From Macrostomum lignano (Eukaryota): 64,000 bases of DNA. The position numbers and the translations under genes were made by a program. Location: contig NIVC01002366.1 of NCBI GenBank assembly GCA_002269645.1, positions 62,001-126,000 of the forward strand. Direction: 5' to 3'. How positions within the stretch are numbered: the first letter of the stretch is position 1; the number at the start of each line of letters is the position of its first letter. Under the pieces are notes generated by a model. The model worked only from the letters and a program-made list of their open reading frames with translations. It was not told the DNA's origin and did not search any database. Of this stretch, positions 45,225 to 57,014 are shown piece by piece.

Positions 45225-46812
45225 ATTCTCTGGACTAGAGGTGATTCTCTGCACTAGAGGGCGATTCTCTGCACTAGAGGCCGATTTTCTGGACAAGAGG
45301 GCGATTCTCTGCACTAAAGACGATTCTCTGGACTAAGGGCGATTCTCTGCACTAGAGGGCGATTCTCTGGACTAAGGGCGATTCTCTGGACTAAGGGCGA
45401 TTCTCTGGACTAGAGGCGATTCTCTGCACTAGAGGTGATTCTCTGCACTAGAGGTGATTCTCTGCACTAGAGGTGATTCTCTGCACTAGAGACGATTCTC
45501 TGCACTAGAGACGATTCTCTGGACTAGAGGTGATTCTCTGCACTAGAGGTGATTCTCTGCACTAGAGGGCGATTCTCTGCACTAGAGGGCGATTCTCTGC
45601 ACTAGAGGGCGATTCTCTGTACTAGAGGGCGATTCTCTGCACTAGAGGGCGATTCTCTGCACTAGAGGTGATTCTCTGCACTAGAGGGCGATTCTCTGCA
45701 CTAGAGGGCGATTCTCTGCACTAGAGGTGATTCTCTGCACTAGAGGGTGATTCTCTGCACTAGAGACGATTCTCTGCACTAGAGGGCGATTCTCTGGACT
45801 AGAGGTGATTCTCTGCACTAGAGGTGATTCTCTGCACTAGAGGGCGATTCTCTGCACTAGAGGGCGATTCTCTGCACTAGAGGGCGATTCTCTGCACTAG
45901 AGGGCGATTCTCTGTACTAGAGGGCGATTCTCTGCACTAGAGGGCGATTCTCTGCACTAGAGGTGATTCTCTGCACTAGAGGGCGATTCTCTGCACTAGA
46001 GGGCGATTCTCTGCACTAGAGGGCGATTCTCTGCACTAGAGGTGATTCTCTGCACTAGAGGTGATTCTCTGCACTAGAGGGCGATTCTCTGGACTAGAGG
46101 TGATTCTCTGCACTAGAGGGCGATTCTCTGCACTAGAGGTGATTCTCTGCACTAGAGGGCGATTCTCTGCACTAGAGGGCGATTCTCTGGACTAGAGGTG
46201 ATTCTCTGCACTAGAGGTGATTCTCTGGACTAGAGGGCGATTCTCTGCACTAAGGGCGATTCTCTGCACTAGAGGGCGTTTCTCTGCACTAGAGGTGATT
46301 CTCTGCACTAGAGGGCGATTCTCTGCACTAGAGGGCGATTCTCTGCACTAGAGGGCGATTCTCTGCACTAGAGGGCGATTCTCTGCACTAGAGGTGATTC
46401 TCTGCACTAGAGGGCGATTCTCTGCACTAGAGGGCGATTCTCTGAACTAGAGGGCGATTCTCTGGACTAGAGGTGATTCTCTGCACTAGAGGGCGATTCT
46501 CTGGACTAGAGGGCGATTCTCTGGACTAAGGGCGATTCTCTGCACTAGAGGTGATTCTCTGCACTAGAGGGCGATTCTCTGGACTAAGGGCGATTCTCTG
46601 CACTAGAGGGCGATTCTCTGCACTAGAGGGCGATTCTCTGGACTAAGGGCGATTCTCTGGACTAGAGGTGATTCTCTGCACTAGAGGGCGATTCTCTGGA
46701 CTAAGGGCGATTCTCTGCACTAGAGGGCGATTCTCTGCACTAGAGACGATTCTCTGCACCAGAGGGTGATTCTCTGGACTAAGGGTGATTCTCTGGACTC
46801 AGGGTGATTCTC
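45225..46812. repeat. Minisatellite, 19-20-bp unit AGAGGGCGATTCTCTGCACT
   Basis: About 80 units upstream of the HMG exon, possibly in its first intron. Confidence 0.95.
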
Positions 46813-47144
46813 ACTCACACCCGCACCTGAGGCATGATCGAAAGAGTTAAGCAGCAGCCAGAAGTCAGGTATCTCGGTGCTAGCAAATGAAATAAGATCA
46901 ACGGCACGCCAAGTTGTAATTCTACGCATACTTTGATCCCTTGAACATTTTTTATTCAATTTTTTAGTATTTGCACAAAAACACTTGTAGAAAAAAACAC
47001 TGAGAGGAAAGCGAAAGATCTCATCGCTGCTTTGGTATTTTACACATACAGAGGGATCCGAGATACAGGCTGAGATTGGGGTTCTGCAGTACAGACTTGA
47101 AGGGCGGAGAATACAGATGCTAAGGATGGGATTACAGACATTAA

Positions 47145-48010
47145 AGACTGGGACTACAGAGACTAAGGGCTGGGATTACAGAAGTTGAGAATTAGGACTG
47201 GACTACAAGAGATTAAGGACAGGGACTACAAGAGATTAAGGACAGGGACTACAAGAGATTAAGGACTGGGACTACAAGAGATTGAGGACTGGGACTACAG
47301 GAGATTAAGGACTGGGATCGCAGAGATTAAGGACTGGGATTGCAGAGATTGGACTGGGATTGCAGAGATTAAGGACTGGGATTGCAGAGATTGGACTGGG
47401 ATTGCAGAGATTAAGGACTGGGATTGCAGAGATTGGACTGGGATTGCAGAGATTAAGGACTGGGATTGCAGAGATTGGACTGGGATTGCAGAGATTAAGG
47501 ACTGGGATTGCAGAGATTAAGGACTGGGATTGCAGAGATTAAGGACTGGGATTGCAGAGATTGGACTGGGATTGCAGAGATTAAGGACTGGGATTGCAGA
47601 GATTAAGGACTGGGATTGCAGAGATTAAGGACTGGGATTGCAGAGATTAAGGACTGGGATTGCAGAGATTAAGGACTGGGATTTCAGAGATTGGACTGGG
47701 ATTGCAGAGATTAAGGACAGGGACTACAGGAGATTAAGGACTGGGATTGCAGAGATTAAGGACAGGGACTACAGGAGATTAAGGACTGGGATTGCAGAGA
47801 TTAAGGACAGGGACTACAGGAGATTAAGGACTGGGATTGCAGAGATTAAGGACAGGGACTACAGGAGATAAAGGACTGGGACTACAGGAGATAAAGGACT
47901 GGGACTACAGGAGATTAAGGACCGGGATTGCAGGGATTGGACTGGGATTGCAGAGATTAAGGACTGGGATTGCAGAGATTGGACTGGGATTGCAGAGATT
48001 AAGGACTGGG
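47145..48010. repeat. Minisatellite, 20-22-bp unit GAGATTAAGGACTGGGATTGCA
   Basis: About 40 units downstream of the TEAD stop. Confidence 0.92.
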
Positions 48011-48753
48011 ATTAATTACAGACACAGAGCCGGAGAAGGGGAAGACAGTGGCAGAACGGAGTTGGGAGCAAAGCACGCAGAGCGGCAGGCATCAATGTGA
48101 GCACAGGACGGTCAGGTAGGCAAATGAAACGCGTTAATCAAATTTCGGCAGGCCTGATGGACAGTTAAAAAAAGGGGGGGTAACAAAGAAAAGCAGAAAT
48201 CAGTAATCAAGCGCGTAAAACCGGATTGATTTAAAGCGATAAAGCAGAAGAATAAGTGCACACACAGAAACCAAGGCTTTGAGTTGATTAGGTAAGCCTT
48301 AATTGCTATGCCTACAGTCACTGTTGATAAAGTTTAATAAATAAAGCGGTGCACAATTAGTTACACGCACGGGGTCCAACGCAAGCTGCTGTGGTAAAAA
48401 TAAAGAGCGAACAGATTAGTAAAAAGCACAAAAAGAGCATCGTGTCCTTTGACAGCATCAGAACAGACACTTTGTAAGTATAAACAAAACGATGAGCAAA
48501 AAACAGTAAAGGATATTAGCATTGTATACAGCGGGCCTGGGAACCGCAATATCGAATTCAAAGTGAGGAAGGAAATTTACAAGAATTGTCATAGTTAAGA
48601 AAAGCAGACAGAACTACAATAACAGTTCTTTGATCAATGCTGCTTATGAAGTAAAAGTTATGAACATATAGAAAATGTTTTTTTGGCTATTGACGAGAAG
48701 ACAACAGCTAAACTCGAAGCGAATTTGCAGCGGATCGAACCGATTGGCGGGCC

Positions 48754-51471
48754 TCAGCTCCTGGACAGCCTGTAGATGTGCCTCTGCGCGCCGTGGACAC
48801 TCGAGGACACCTCGAATACGTACGCGATGCACAACAGCGGCTCCCCGGTGTCAGTGTTCGTCACCACCTGCGGCGGGGTGCGGACTGGCTTCGATTTCCA
48901 TGGCACTAATGGCGCTCAGCCAGATTGACATAATATGAGGACCTGGGAGGCTGACCGCCCAGCAACTGAGGATCTGGGAGGCTGGCGGTGGCCCAGCAAC
49001 TGAGAATCTGGGAGGCTGGCGGTGGCCCAGCAACTGAGGATCTGGGAGGGTGCTGGACCAGCAACTGAGGATATGGGAGGCTGGCCCAGCAACTGAGGAT
49101 ATGGGAGGCTGGACCAGCAACTGAGGATCTGGAAGGCTGGCCCAGCAACTGAGGATATGGGAGGCTGGCCCAGCAACTGAGGATATGGGAGGCTGGCCCA
49201 GCAACTGAGGATATGGGAGGCTGGCCCAGCAACTGAGGATCTGGGAGGCTGGCCCAGCAACTGAGGATCTGGGAGGCTGGCGGTGGCCCAGCAACTGAGA
49301 ATCTGGGAGGGTGCTGGCCCAGCAACTGACGATCTGGAAGGCTGGCCCAGCAACTGAGGATATGGGAGGCTGGCCCAGCAACTGAGGATCTGGGAGGCTG
49401 GCCCAGCAACTGAGGATCTGGGAGGCTGGCCGCCCAGCAACTGAGGATCTGGAAGGCTGGCCGCCCAGAAACTGAGGATCTGCGAGGCTGGCCGCCCAGC
49501 AACTGAGGATCTGGGGGTAGCCAAGCAACTGAAGATTTGGGAGGGTGCTGACCCAGCAACTAAGGATGGCAGGATTGGCAGCGAAAATTCAAAATCTGTG
49601 GTATCTTGGCTTATTAAACAGCGCATTGAAACAACACATTTACTAAAGCTGCGACTCTCACCTGCATAATAGTGAAGTTCTCGAGCACGGAGTTCATCAT
49701 AAACTTCTCTGGCAGCTGGCGCAGCTTGGAGATGAAGTTGATCATGTACTCGCACATCGGAATTCGCTCATTCTGATAAATGTATTTGCCGTTCTCTGAG
49801 TGCGGAGAAATGTGCTTCTCAACCTTCTCAACCACTTGCTTGCCGAATGAGCACACTTTGGTTGAGAAGGACAAGTTCATGCTCTCCTGGCTTTCGTACC
49901 TGCAGTTCGTCAGTTTGGAATTGGGAAGTACGAGAACTGGTCAGGCACTGAGGTATCAAGTCAATAAATTCCCGTGTGCCCCCGACACGAATTTCCCTGG
50001 AAATAATTCCCCGCCAGCCGCTTACACGGTGGTGTGGCCATAGAACATAAATTCCCCATGGCAATACTGTAATTCCCCGCCAGCCGCTTACACGGTGGTG
50101 TGGCCATAGAACACAAATTCCCCATGGCAATACTGTAATTCCCCACCAGCCGCTTACACGGTGGTGTGGCCATAGAACACAAATTCCCCATGGCAATACT
50201 GTAATTCCCTGCCAGCCGCTTACACGGTGGTGTGGCCATAGAACACAAATTCCCCATGGCAATACTGTAATTCCCTGCCAGCCGCTTACACGGTGGTGTG
50301 GCCATAGAACATGTTTCCCGGATGGTCCTCAGGCAGGGTGGTGTTGATATCCGCCCAGATTTTGACCAGGAAGGCCGCCGACTCCGGCCCCTTGTCAAAG
50401 AAGTCGTTGAGGCCTCGCTTTGCTGGAAATTTGTCAGCAATCTGCGACTGGTCGACGCTTTCCATGCGCGCGATGGCGGACTCGGGCAGCTGGCCCATCG
50501 GGCAGTTGATGTGAGCAAAGATGTGCCGCTGCTGCTGGTAGGCGGAAGACTCGGCTCCGGTCACCTCAACGAAGGCTGTCAGCTCGCGCAGCCGGAGCTT
50601 CGGCCCCACAATCGCCTGACAGCTGGCGCCGACGCCGGTGCCAGTTGGAGACGAGACGGCCGCGGCGGCCGCGGCAGCTACGGCGGCTGCAGCGGCGGCG
50701 GCGGCGTCGGCTGAGGCCAGGCCAGGCCACTGGGAGGCGCCGCTGCCGGGGCTGCCAGGGCCGTGGCCCGCTCCCGCCGGCCAGAATGCGGAGCCGCCGG
50801 CGGCAGCGGATGCTGACTGCCTGGGCCCGGTGCTCTCCTGGCCGCGGGCCATGCCGGCGCTGACGATCTGGGCTGAGCTGAGCTGGCTGAGGCTGTGCAT
50901 GGCCTTTTCCTTGGTGGCCGGATCCTTGATGTTGGTCTGAACCTCTTTGGTTTTGCGCCTAGCCAGCACCTGGATGTGGCTGGACACCTGCTTTCTGGTC
51001 CTGGTCTTGCCAGTCCGCAGCTTGATGTAGCGCGCGATCAGCTCGTTGCGGCCTAGAGGGGGTGGCGGGTTGGAGAGGGCATGAGGCACCCTGCGGCTTC
51101 ATGCCTATTGGGACTTGACTGTCTCGTCATTCTTACAGTATTCAGTCGTCCTTGTCCCGCTCGCGGTATAATAAATCAAGGGCCCCAGCTTAACTGACCC
51201 CCACGGCCAAGGCAAAGCAGTCAGTAAGCAGGTAGGCGCGATGCCAGACAGACTCACCGTACATCTTGCCCTCGTCAGACAATATAATCTTCCGCCTGCC
51301 GCAGGGCGGGTAGAGAGCCAAGGCCTCCTGGAAGCTCTGCTCGATGTCCGGACTCCAGACGCCCTCGGCATCGTTCGGATCCTCCTCGGCCTCTTCGTCC
51401 TCTTCGTTCATGTCGTCGTCGTCCACGACGCTGCTGGGCACAACGGTGCTCCATGCTTTGTTTGGCTCCAT
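48754..51471 (-). CDS. TEAD: TEA-domain transcription factor (TEAD/scalloped), 4 exons, 442 aa
   Basis: Exons 51471-51258, 51052-50290, 49899-49662 and 48867-48754 are in frame. TEA domain: [75 protein letters not shown]-binding domain: [59 protein letters not shown]. Confidence 0.97.
48940..49560. repeat. Intronic minisatellite, about 28-bp unit CAGCAACTGAGGATCTGGGAGGCTGGCC (TEAD intron 3)
   Basis: About 20 units. Confidence 0.92.
50000..50312 (-). repeat. 66-bp tandem repeat spanning the TEAD exon 2/intron 2 boundary (5 copies of the donor)
   Basis: ACCACCGT|GTAAGC recurs with the plus-strand CTTAC at 50021, 50087, 50153, 50219 and 50285. Confidence 0.95.
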
Positions 51472-52059
51472 CGGTACTCTCTGAAGGCAAAGCGGCAGGA
51501 GTCAGTCAATCAGTCAGAGCTGCAAACTGCGGCTACCAGCAATGGAAACTGGATATTCGAAACTACCAACTGCTTGCTAGAAGAAAGAGCCAGCAAGAAA
51601 GCTGGGCAGAGAGGGGAGCGGAGAAGGTCAGAATCGGGAGACAAAGATGCACAACATTTGGAACACACGGGGGGGAGTTTGTATTTCACCGACTGTGTGG
51701 GGGTGGACGCAGCGGATAGGCGGAGCGGCGGGCACACGGAGCGGGGAAAGGCGGAGCGCTTATCTGCGCTGCTGAAATTTGTTACACTCGTGCTGGCTGG
51801 GGCAGAGGGGACGCGGCGTGCGGACAGGGCAAAAACGGGCCAGGGGGGGGGGAAGTCGCTTAGTAGCGGGGAAGGAGACATGGGGGGAGTTTTACGGCCC
51901 AAAAATAAGCAAGGAACAGGTGACCAGCAGCGGCAATCAGTGAGCGGCATTCAGGCCGACTGTCATGGCGGGACAGGGAGGGAGAAGGGAGAGACTGTGC
52001 GGCAGTAAGTTCGCAATAAGTGTCAATACGAATTATTTCAATATTTGTATTATTTTTGT

Positions 52060-53030
52060 GATTCGGATTTTGCAGTTTTGTAGATTTGGTTTTTTGCAGT
52101 TTTGGGAATTGGAATTATAGAGTTTTGGAAATTTCTGTTGTTGCAGTTTGGGAAATTGGGATTCTGCAGTTTTGGAGATTGGGATTCTGCAGTTTGGAAA
52201 ATTGGGATTCTGCAGTTTTGGAGATTGGGATTCTGCATATTTGGGAAATTGGGATTCTGCAGTTTTGGAGATTGGGATTCTGCATATTTGGGAAATTGGG
52301 ATCCGGCAGTTTTGGAGATTGGGATTCTGCAGTTGGGGAATTGGGATTCTGCAGTTTTGGGAATTGGGATTCTGCAGTTTTGGGGATTGGGATTCTGCAG
52401 TTTTGGGAATTGGGATTCTGCAGTTTTGGGGGTTGGGATTCTGCAGTTTTGGGGATTGGGATTCTGCAGTTTTGGGGATTGGGATTCTGCAGTTTTGGGA
52501 ATTAGGATTCTGCAATTTAGGGGATTGGTATTCTGCAGTTTAGGGGATTGGGATTCTGCAGTTTTGGGGGTTGGGATTCTGCAGTTTTGGGGATTGGGAT
52601 TCTGCAGTTTTGGGGATTGGGATTCTGCAGTTTTGGGAATTGGGATTCTGCAGTTTTAAGGATTGGGATTCTGCAGTTTAGGGGATTGGGATTCTGCAGT
52701 TTTGGGAATTGGGATTCTGCAGTTTTGGGGATTGGGATTCTGCAGTTTTGGGAATTAGGATTCTGCAATTTAGGGGATTGGGATTCTGCAGTTTTTGGGA
52801 ATTGGGATTCTGCAGTTTTGGGGATTGGGATTATGCAGTTTTGGGGATTGGGATTCTGCAGTTTTGGGGATTGGGATTCTGCAGTTTTGGGAATTAGGAT
52901 TCTGCAATTTAGGGGATTGGGATTCTGCAGTTTTGGGAATTGGGATTCTGCAGTTTTGGGGATTGGGATTCTGCAGTTTTGGGAATTGGGATTCTGCAAT
53001 TGGGGAATTGACATTCTGAAGTTTTGGAGA
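52060..53030. repeat. Minisatellite, 23-bp unit GGGATTCTGCAGTTTTGGG(A/G)ATT, upstream of TEAD
   Basis: About 40 units. Confidence 0.93.
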
Positions 53031-53734
53031 TTAGGATTATTCCTTCTTAGGTTGGTTTGTTTTTTTGGGACTGGGCAGAGGCAGTTTTCGTATTTTTACT
53101 ATTATACAATCTTGCCTTCTTTCATGTTTCAGATTAAATAATTTCGGCAGGTGGCTCAGCGTTTGGAATCAGAGCAATTTCGCGACCTTCAACAAGCACA
53201 ATCATTGCAATTGCCCAGTCTTTAAATACCACAGGTACTTGCTTAGTTTCAAAGCGAAACAGGCGAATTGAGATAAACAGACTAAGCCAATAAAGAAGCG
53301 CAGCGGGGCTTCCATATCTGAATCGATATTATACAGCTTTTGGCCTCGGGGAAGACCTGACTAAAATTAGTTGCTTTCCTGCTGTAGCAATTTCGAGTTT
53401 TCTTTGGAGTTTCGCTTGGAAAAATGTCTGAGAAAATTGCTTTGAAGACAGAAAGTATGATTAGGAGTAAAAGACAGATTACCAATATAGGTAGGCCTAC
53501 ACAATCATAATAATTGCAGGGCTTTGGGCACCCTGGTGCAATGGTAGATTATATAGTATGTTACGGAGTTAAATAATGGCCATAACACGAGTGCGCGAAG
53601 ATTTAGTAGACAAAGATTTAGGCCTTGACGCGACTGAAAAGTGCCATTCCAGCATCTGTTAAAAAAAGCGATAGACTGGAAAGAAAATTTACAGCAAAAA
53701 ATATCAATTTCACTTAGTCAACAACTAAGCAGTT

Positions 53735-54020
53735 TCTACCGATCGAGGAAGCAGATCTGGAAAAATTCAAGGCGTACTTTGATGGAACCACAGCCGAAAC
53801 GCTTACAGGACGAGGTGGTATTCACCATTCTCTATATTCTACGTGAGAGAGGACAAGAACACCTTAAACATTTGAAACAGCAGGGAGCATTGGTTGCTGG
53901 TATCGACTCCGACGGACAAGAGTACTGTGAACTACCACCACTACCAACTAAGAACCAAGATTCAGAAGGCAGGCAGGAACGATTCAGAAGGCAGGCTCCG
54001 TTTTTCTACGAATCAGGCAC
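53735..54020 (+). pseudogene. Frameshifted fragment of a Crypton-type tyrosine recombinase (DUF3504-like)
   Basis: PIEEADLEKFKAYFDGTTAETL, then a frameshift, then QDEVVFTILYILRERGQEHLKHL...IDSDGQEYCELPPLPTKNQ. This resembles the PI..EDL.K...YF..TP..LQ..VFF......RG.E.L..L...D..G.EY.....TKN pattern; recognised from memory, not searched. Confidence 0.55.
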
Positions 54021-54159
54021 GCGGAGTTTTTTGTTTATTGTTTGTTTATGTTTTCAAGTTTACTTGTTATGTAATAAATAATATGAAAATAAATTGTCTA
54101 TGGTCGAAATGTATTTTCAGCGTTAAGCAATAACAAAATGGTGCGTGTCATTATAATAA

Positions 54160-54899
54160 AGCTTTTGGCAGCCTATTTGGGCTTACGCGCATTTAATTTA
54201 ATCCAAGATAGGTTTGCCAATGTACCGGAGCTTTTGTCTATGGTAGCAAGGCTGCCACAGCGGCACTTAATTTGGTCCAACAAGCATCAATTTGGTCCAG
54301 ATTCTTGTGAGCCAATGGCAAGCTCTTGCCTTCTTGCAACTGCCTAAGGGAATGTCAGCGTCTGTACCAGCAATTTTCAGTCGCTTTTCCAGAGCTCTGC
54401 TGATAGTCCAAATCTGATAACCAACTGGAACTTTTCCTTCAACTGCTGCTGCATTTTCTGCAACGTCAACAAAGGGTTCGTCTCAATTGCATTAAGTAGC
54501 AGTTGGACCTGAGTCTCTAGCAACTTGCCGTGGCGATTGCCACCTTACCACAGGCGACCTATGCCAGAAGTGGTTTTAACACGCAGATGGATGCTGTAAA
54601 CCATTTTTCTTCTATATTCAGCAGCCTTGCAATGTCCTTTGGGTGTTCACCTCTGTTGAGTGCTTTGATGACAAGTCAGTGGCATACGTTCGACAACCTA
54701 GCATGGTTCACAATTCTGGGGCTGATCTTGCTCCTCTGCAACAGTTGAAAATAAAGCTATGGACCAAACTGATGCTTGTTGGACCAAATTAAGTGCCGCT
54801 GTGGCAGTCTTGCTACCATAGACAAAGGCTCCGTTACATTGGCAAACCTATCTTGGATTAAATTAAATGCGTGTCAGCCGAAATAGGCTGCCAAAAGCT
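54160..54899 (-). mobile_element. Decayed, internally deleted Tc1/IS630-like element with about 140-bp TIRs
   Basis: Inverted repeats at 54160-54299 and 54760-54899 with a few mismatches. The minus-strand interior encodes, across 2 frameshifts and a stop, LVIKALNRGEHPKDIARLLNI/RKMVYSI...GGNRHGKLLETQVQLLLNAIETNPLLTLQKMQQQLKEKFQLV/IWTISRALEK, a paired HTH typical of Tc1/IS630 transposases. No DDE domain is present. Confidence 0.75.
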
Positions 54900-54902
54900 A
54901 TA

Positions 54903-57014
54903 CTCTTGCGTATATGTACAATGCTTTTGGCAAAATTGTCTCACAACGACTGGCGAGGCAATTGTACCCATTATTGCTGATTTCTGACCACATGTACACA
55001 CAGCACATGCTCACATAGCACATGCTCACACAGCACATGCTCACACAGAGTGTACAGCAGGCTTGATTATACAATGGATGCCAGAGCATGTGCGAGGGAT
55101 GTTCCATAAGTACTTATACTTTTGCATGCTGCTCAGGAACTACGCAACCAATCATTGTAAGTTTTATGTCGCTGGAAAGCGGCTTTACTCATCTTTAATC
55201 TGTCGCCAAAATCATTTCGTTCTGTCAACTATGTCAAAAGTTACAACAAAAAACGTAGTCAAAGGTCACCCATAGACTTACAAGAAATTTTCAAAATCAA
55301 AACTTCAAAGTTCAGCACGCAGAGTTATTTCGGATTCTACATAATGCATTCTTTTTTGCTTCATAAGCGAATGCCACACCCTTTTCGTCTATGGAAAATA
55401 CTGGCCTAAGCTTTCACAGCATCTTAATCTTGTAAAGTTTCACCACCTTGGCTGCTGCTGCATCACCATGGATGTGAACTCAAGGGAAGGACAGCGCGCT
55501 GCAATTTTTACCCTCTGGAAACTCGGAAAAAAGCGATCAGAGATTTATGCGGATTTATGCAACATTCATGGAGCTAATGCGGTGAGCAGGATGACCGTCT
55601 ACAACTGGGTTGAGCAGTTCGAAGCAGGAAGGACCAATGTTGCTGATTTGCCGAGGTCGGGCCGCCCCTGCACATCAGGCTCTGATGCTCTCACCGATCG
55701 AATTCTTGATCTGCTGGACGAAGATTGTCGGCTAACGATTCGACAGATTGCAGATAGACTGGACACGCCGAGCACAACTGTGCATCGCTGCTTGTCGCGC
55801 ATGGACTTTGTCAAGCTGACTGCTCGTTGGGTGCCACGCCTACTCACCTCGGACTTGAGACTGCAGAGGCAGCAGATTTGTCAGGCCAATATTCGGATGA
55901 TGGAAGAATACGGTGGTTGGGATCTCTTCCATCGAATGATAGTCACTGGAGATGAAACCTGGATTCCCCATTTTGATCCACCAACGAAACGTGATTCCCA
56001 GGTCTGGATGCTGAAGGGCTCTGATCCTCCGGTAAAAGCTCAAAGGGACGCACATGGAAAGAAGATCATGCTGTCTCTGTTTTTCGACTGCAATGGTCCT
56101 CTAACTGTCGAGTTTTTGGAGCCAAACACTACAATAAACTCTGAGCGCTACGTTGAAACGCTAACAAAGCTGCATCATGACATCCAGAACAAGCGTCGTG
56201 AAAATCCCAGACCTTTCATTCTTCATCATGACAATGCAAGGCCTCATACAGCACAAAAGACAGTCGAGGCAATCAGCAAGCTGAAGCTCCATCTTCTACC
56301 TCACCCTCCTTACTCTCCAGACCTGGCACCAGCAGACTTTGCTTTATTTCCAGAGTTGAAGCGCCATCTGAAAGGACGCGTGTACGAGACCAGGAACCAG
56401 ATCGAGGAGGAAGTCCGCAGAATTCTGCTGTATGTCATCCCCCGACAGCTGTACGCAGAAGCCATCAAAAGCATGTTTAACAGGTGGACCAAGTGCATCA
56501 ACTCCGGTGGAAACTACGTTGAGAAGGTGTCGGTACCGACCGAGGATGAGTGACAAAGAAGTCAAACTTTCTGTCATCAACAACGCGCCTCTGTTTTCAT
56601 GCTTGCCATTGTAGTTGTTGCTCTTTAAATTTCTTGTAAGTCTATGGGTAACCTTTGACTACGTTTTTTGTTGTAACTTTTGACATAGTTGACAGAACGA
56701 AATGATTTTGGCGACAGATTAAAGATGAGTAAAGCCGCTTTCCACCGACATAAAACTTACAATGATTGGTTGCGTAGTTCCTGAGCAGCATGCAAAAGTA
56801 TAAGTACTTATGGAACATCCCTCGCACATGCTCTGGCATCCATTGTATAATCAAGCCTGCTGTACACTCTGTGTGAGCATGTGCTGTGTGAGCATGTGCT
56901 ATGTGAGCATGTGCTGTGTGTACATGTGGTCAGAAATCAGCAATAATGGGTACAATTGCCTCGCCAGTCATTGTGAGACAATTTTGCCAAAAGCATTGTA
57001 CATATACGCAAGAG
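54903..57014 (+). mobile_element. Mariner (DD34D) DNA transposon, 2112 bp, 388-bp TIRs, TA target duplication
   Basis: TA|CTCTTGCG...CGCAAGAG|TA (TA at 54901-2 and 57015-6). TIRs at 54903-55290 and 56627-57014, with 3 mismatches seen. Central intact transposase. Confidence 0.93.
55468..56553 (+). CDS. Mariner transposase, intact, 361 aa
   Basis: HTH N-terminus, WVPRLL, IVTGDETW, HHDNARPH and HPPYSPDLAPAD; 34 residues separate the second and third catalytic Asp. Confidence 0.95.
   Translation: MDVNSREGQRAAIFTLWKLGKKRSEIYADLCNIHGANAVSRMTVYNWVEQFEAGRTNVADLPRSGRPCTSGSDALTDRILDLLDEDCRLTIRQIADRLDTPSTTVHRCLSRMDFVKLTARWVPRLLTSDLRLQRQQICQANIRMMEEYGGWDLFHRMIVTGDETWIPHFDPPTKRDSQVWMLKGSDPPVKAQRDAHGKKIMLSLFFDCNGPLTVEFLEPNTTINSERYVETLTKLHHDIQNKRRENPRPFILHHDNARPHTAQKTVEAISKLKLHLLPHPPYSPDLAPADFALFPELKRHLKGRVYETRNQIEEEVRRILLYVIPRQLYAEAIKSMFNRWTKCINSGGNYVEKVSVPTEDE

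Noticed and set aside
51241-53141. ORFs upstream of TEAD, including LQNPNSQNCRIP/GILQFW repeats
   Set aside because: They are antisense or 5'-flank frames and translations of the 23-bp minisatellite.
54898-55275. Small paired ORFs MEHPSHMLW.../MIIQWMPEH... duplicated at 56642-57124
   Set aside because: They are by-products of the mariner's long TIRs, not genes.
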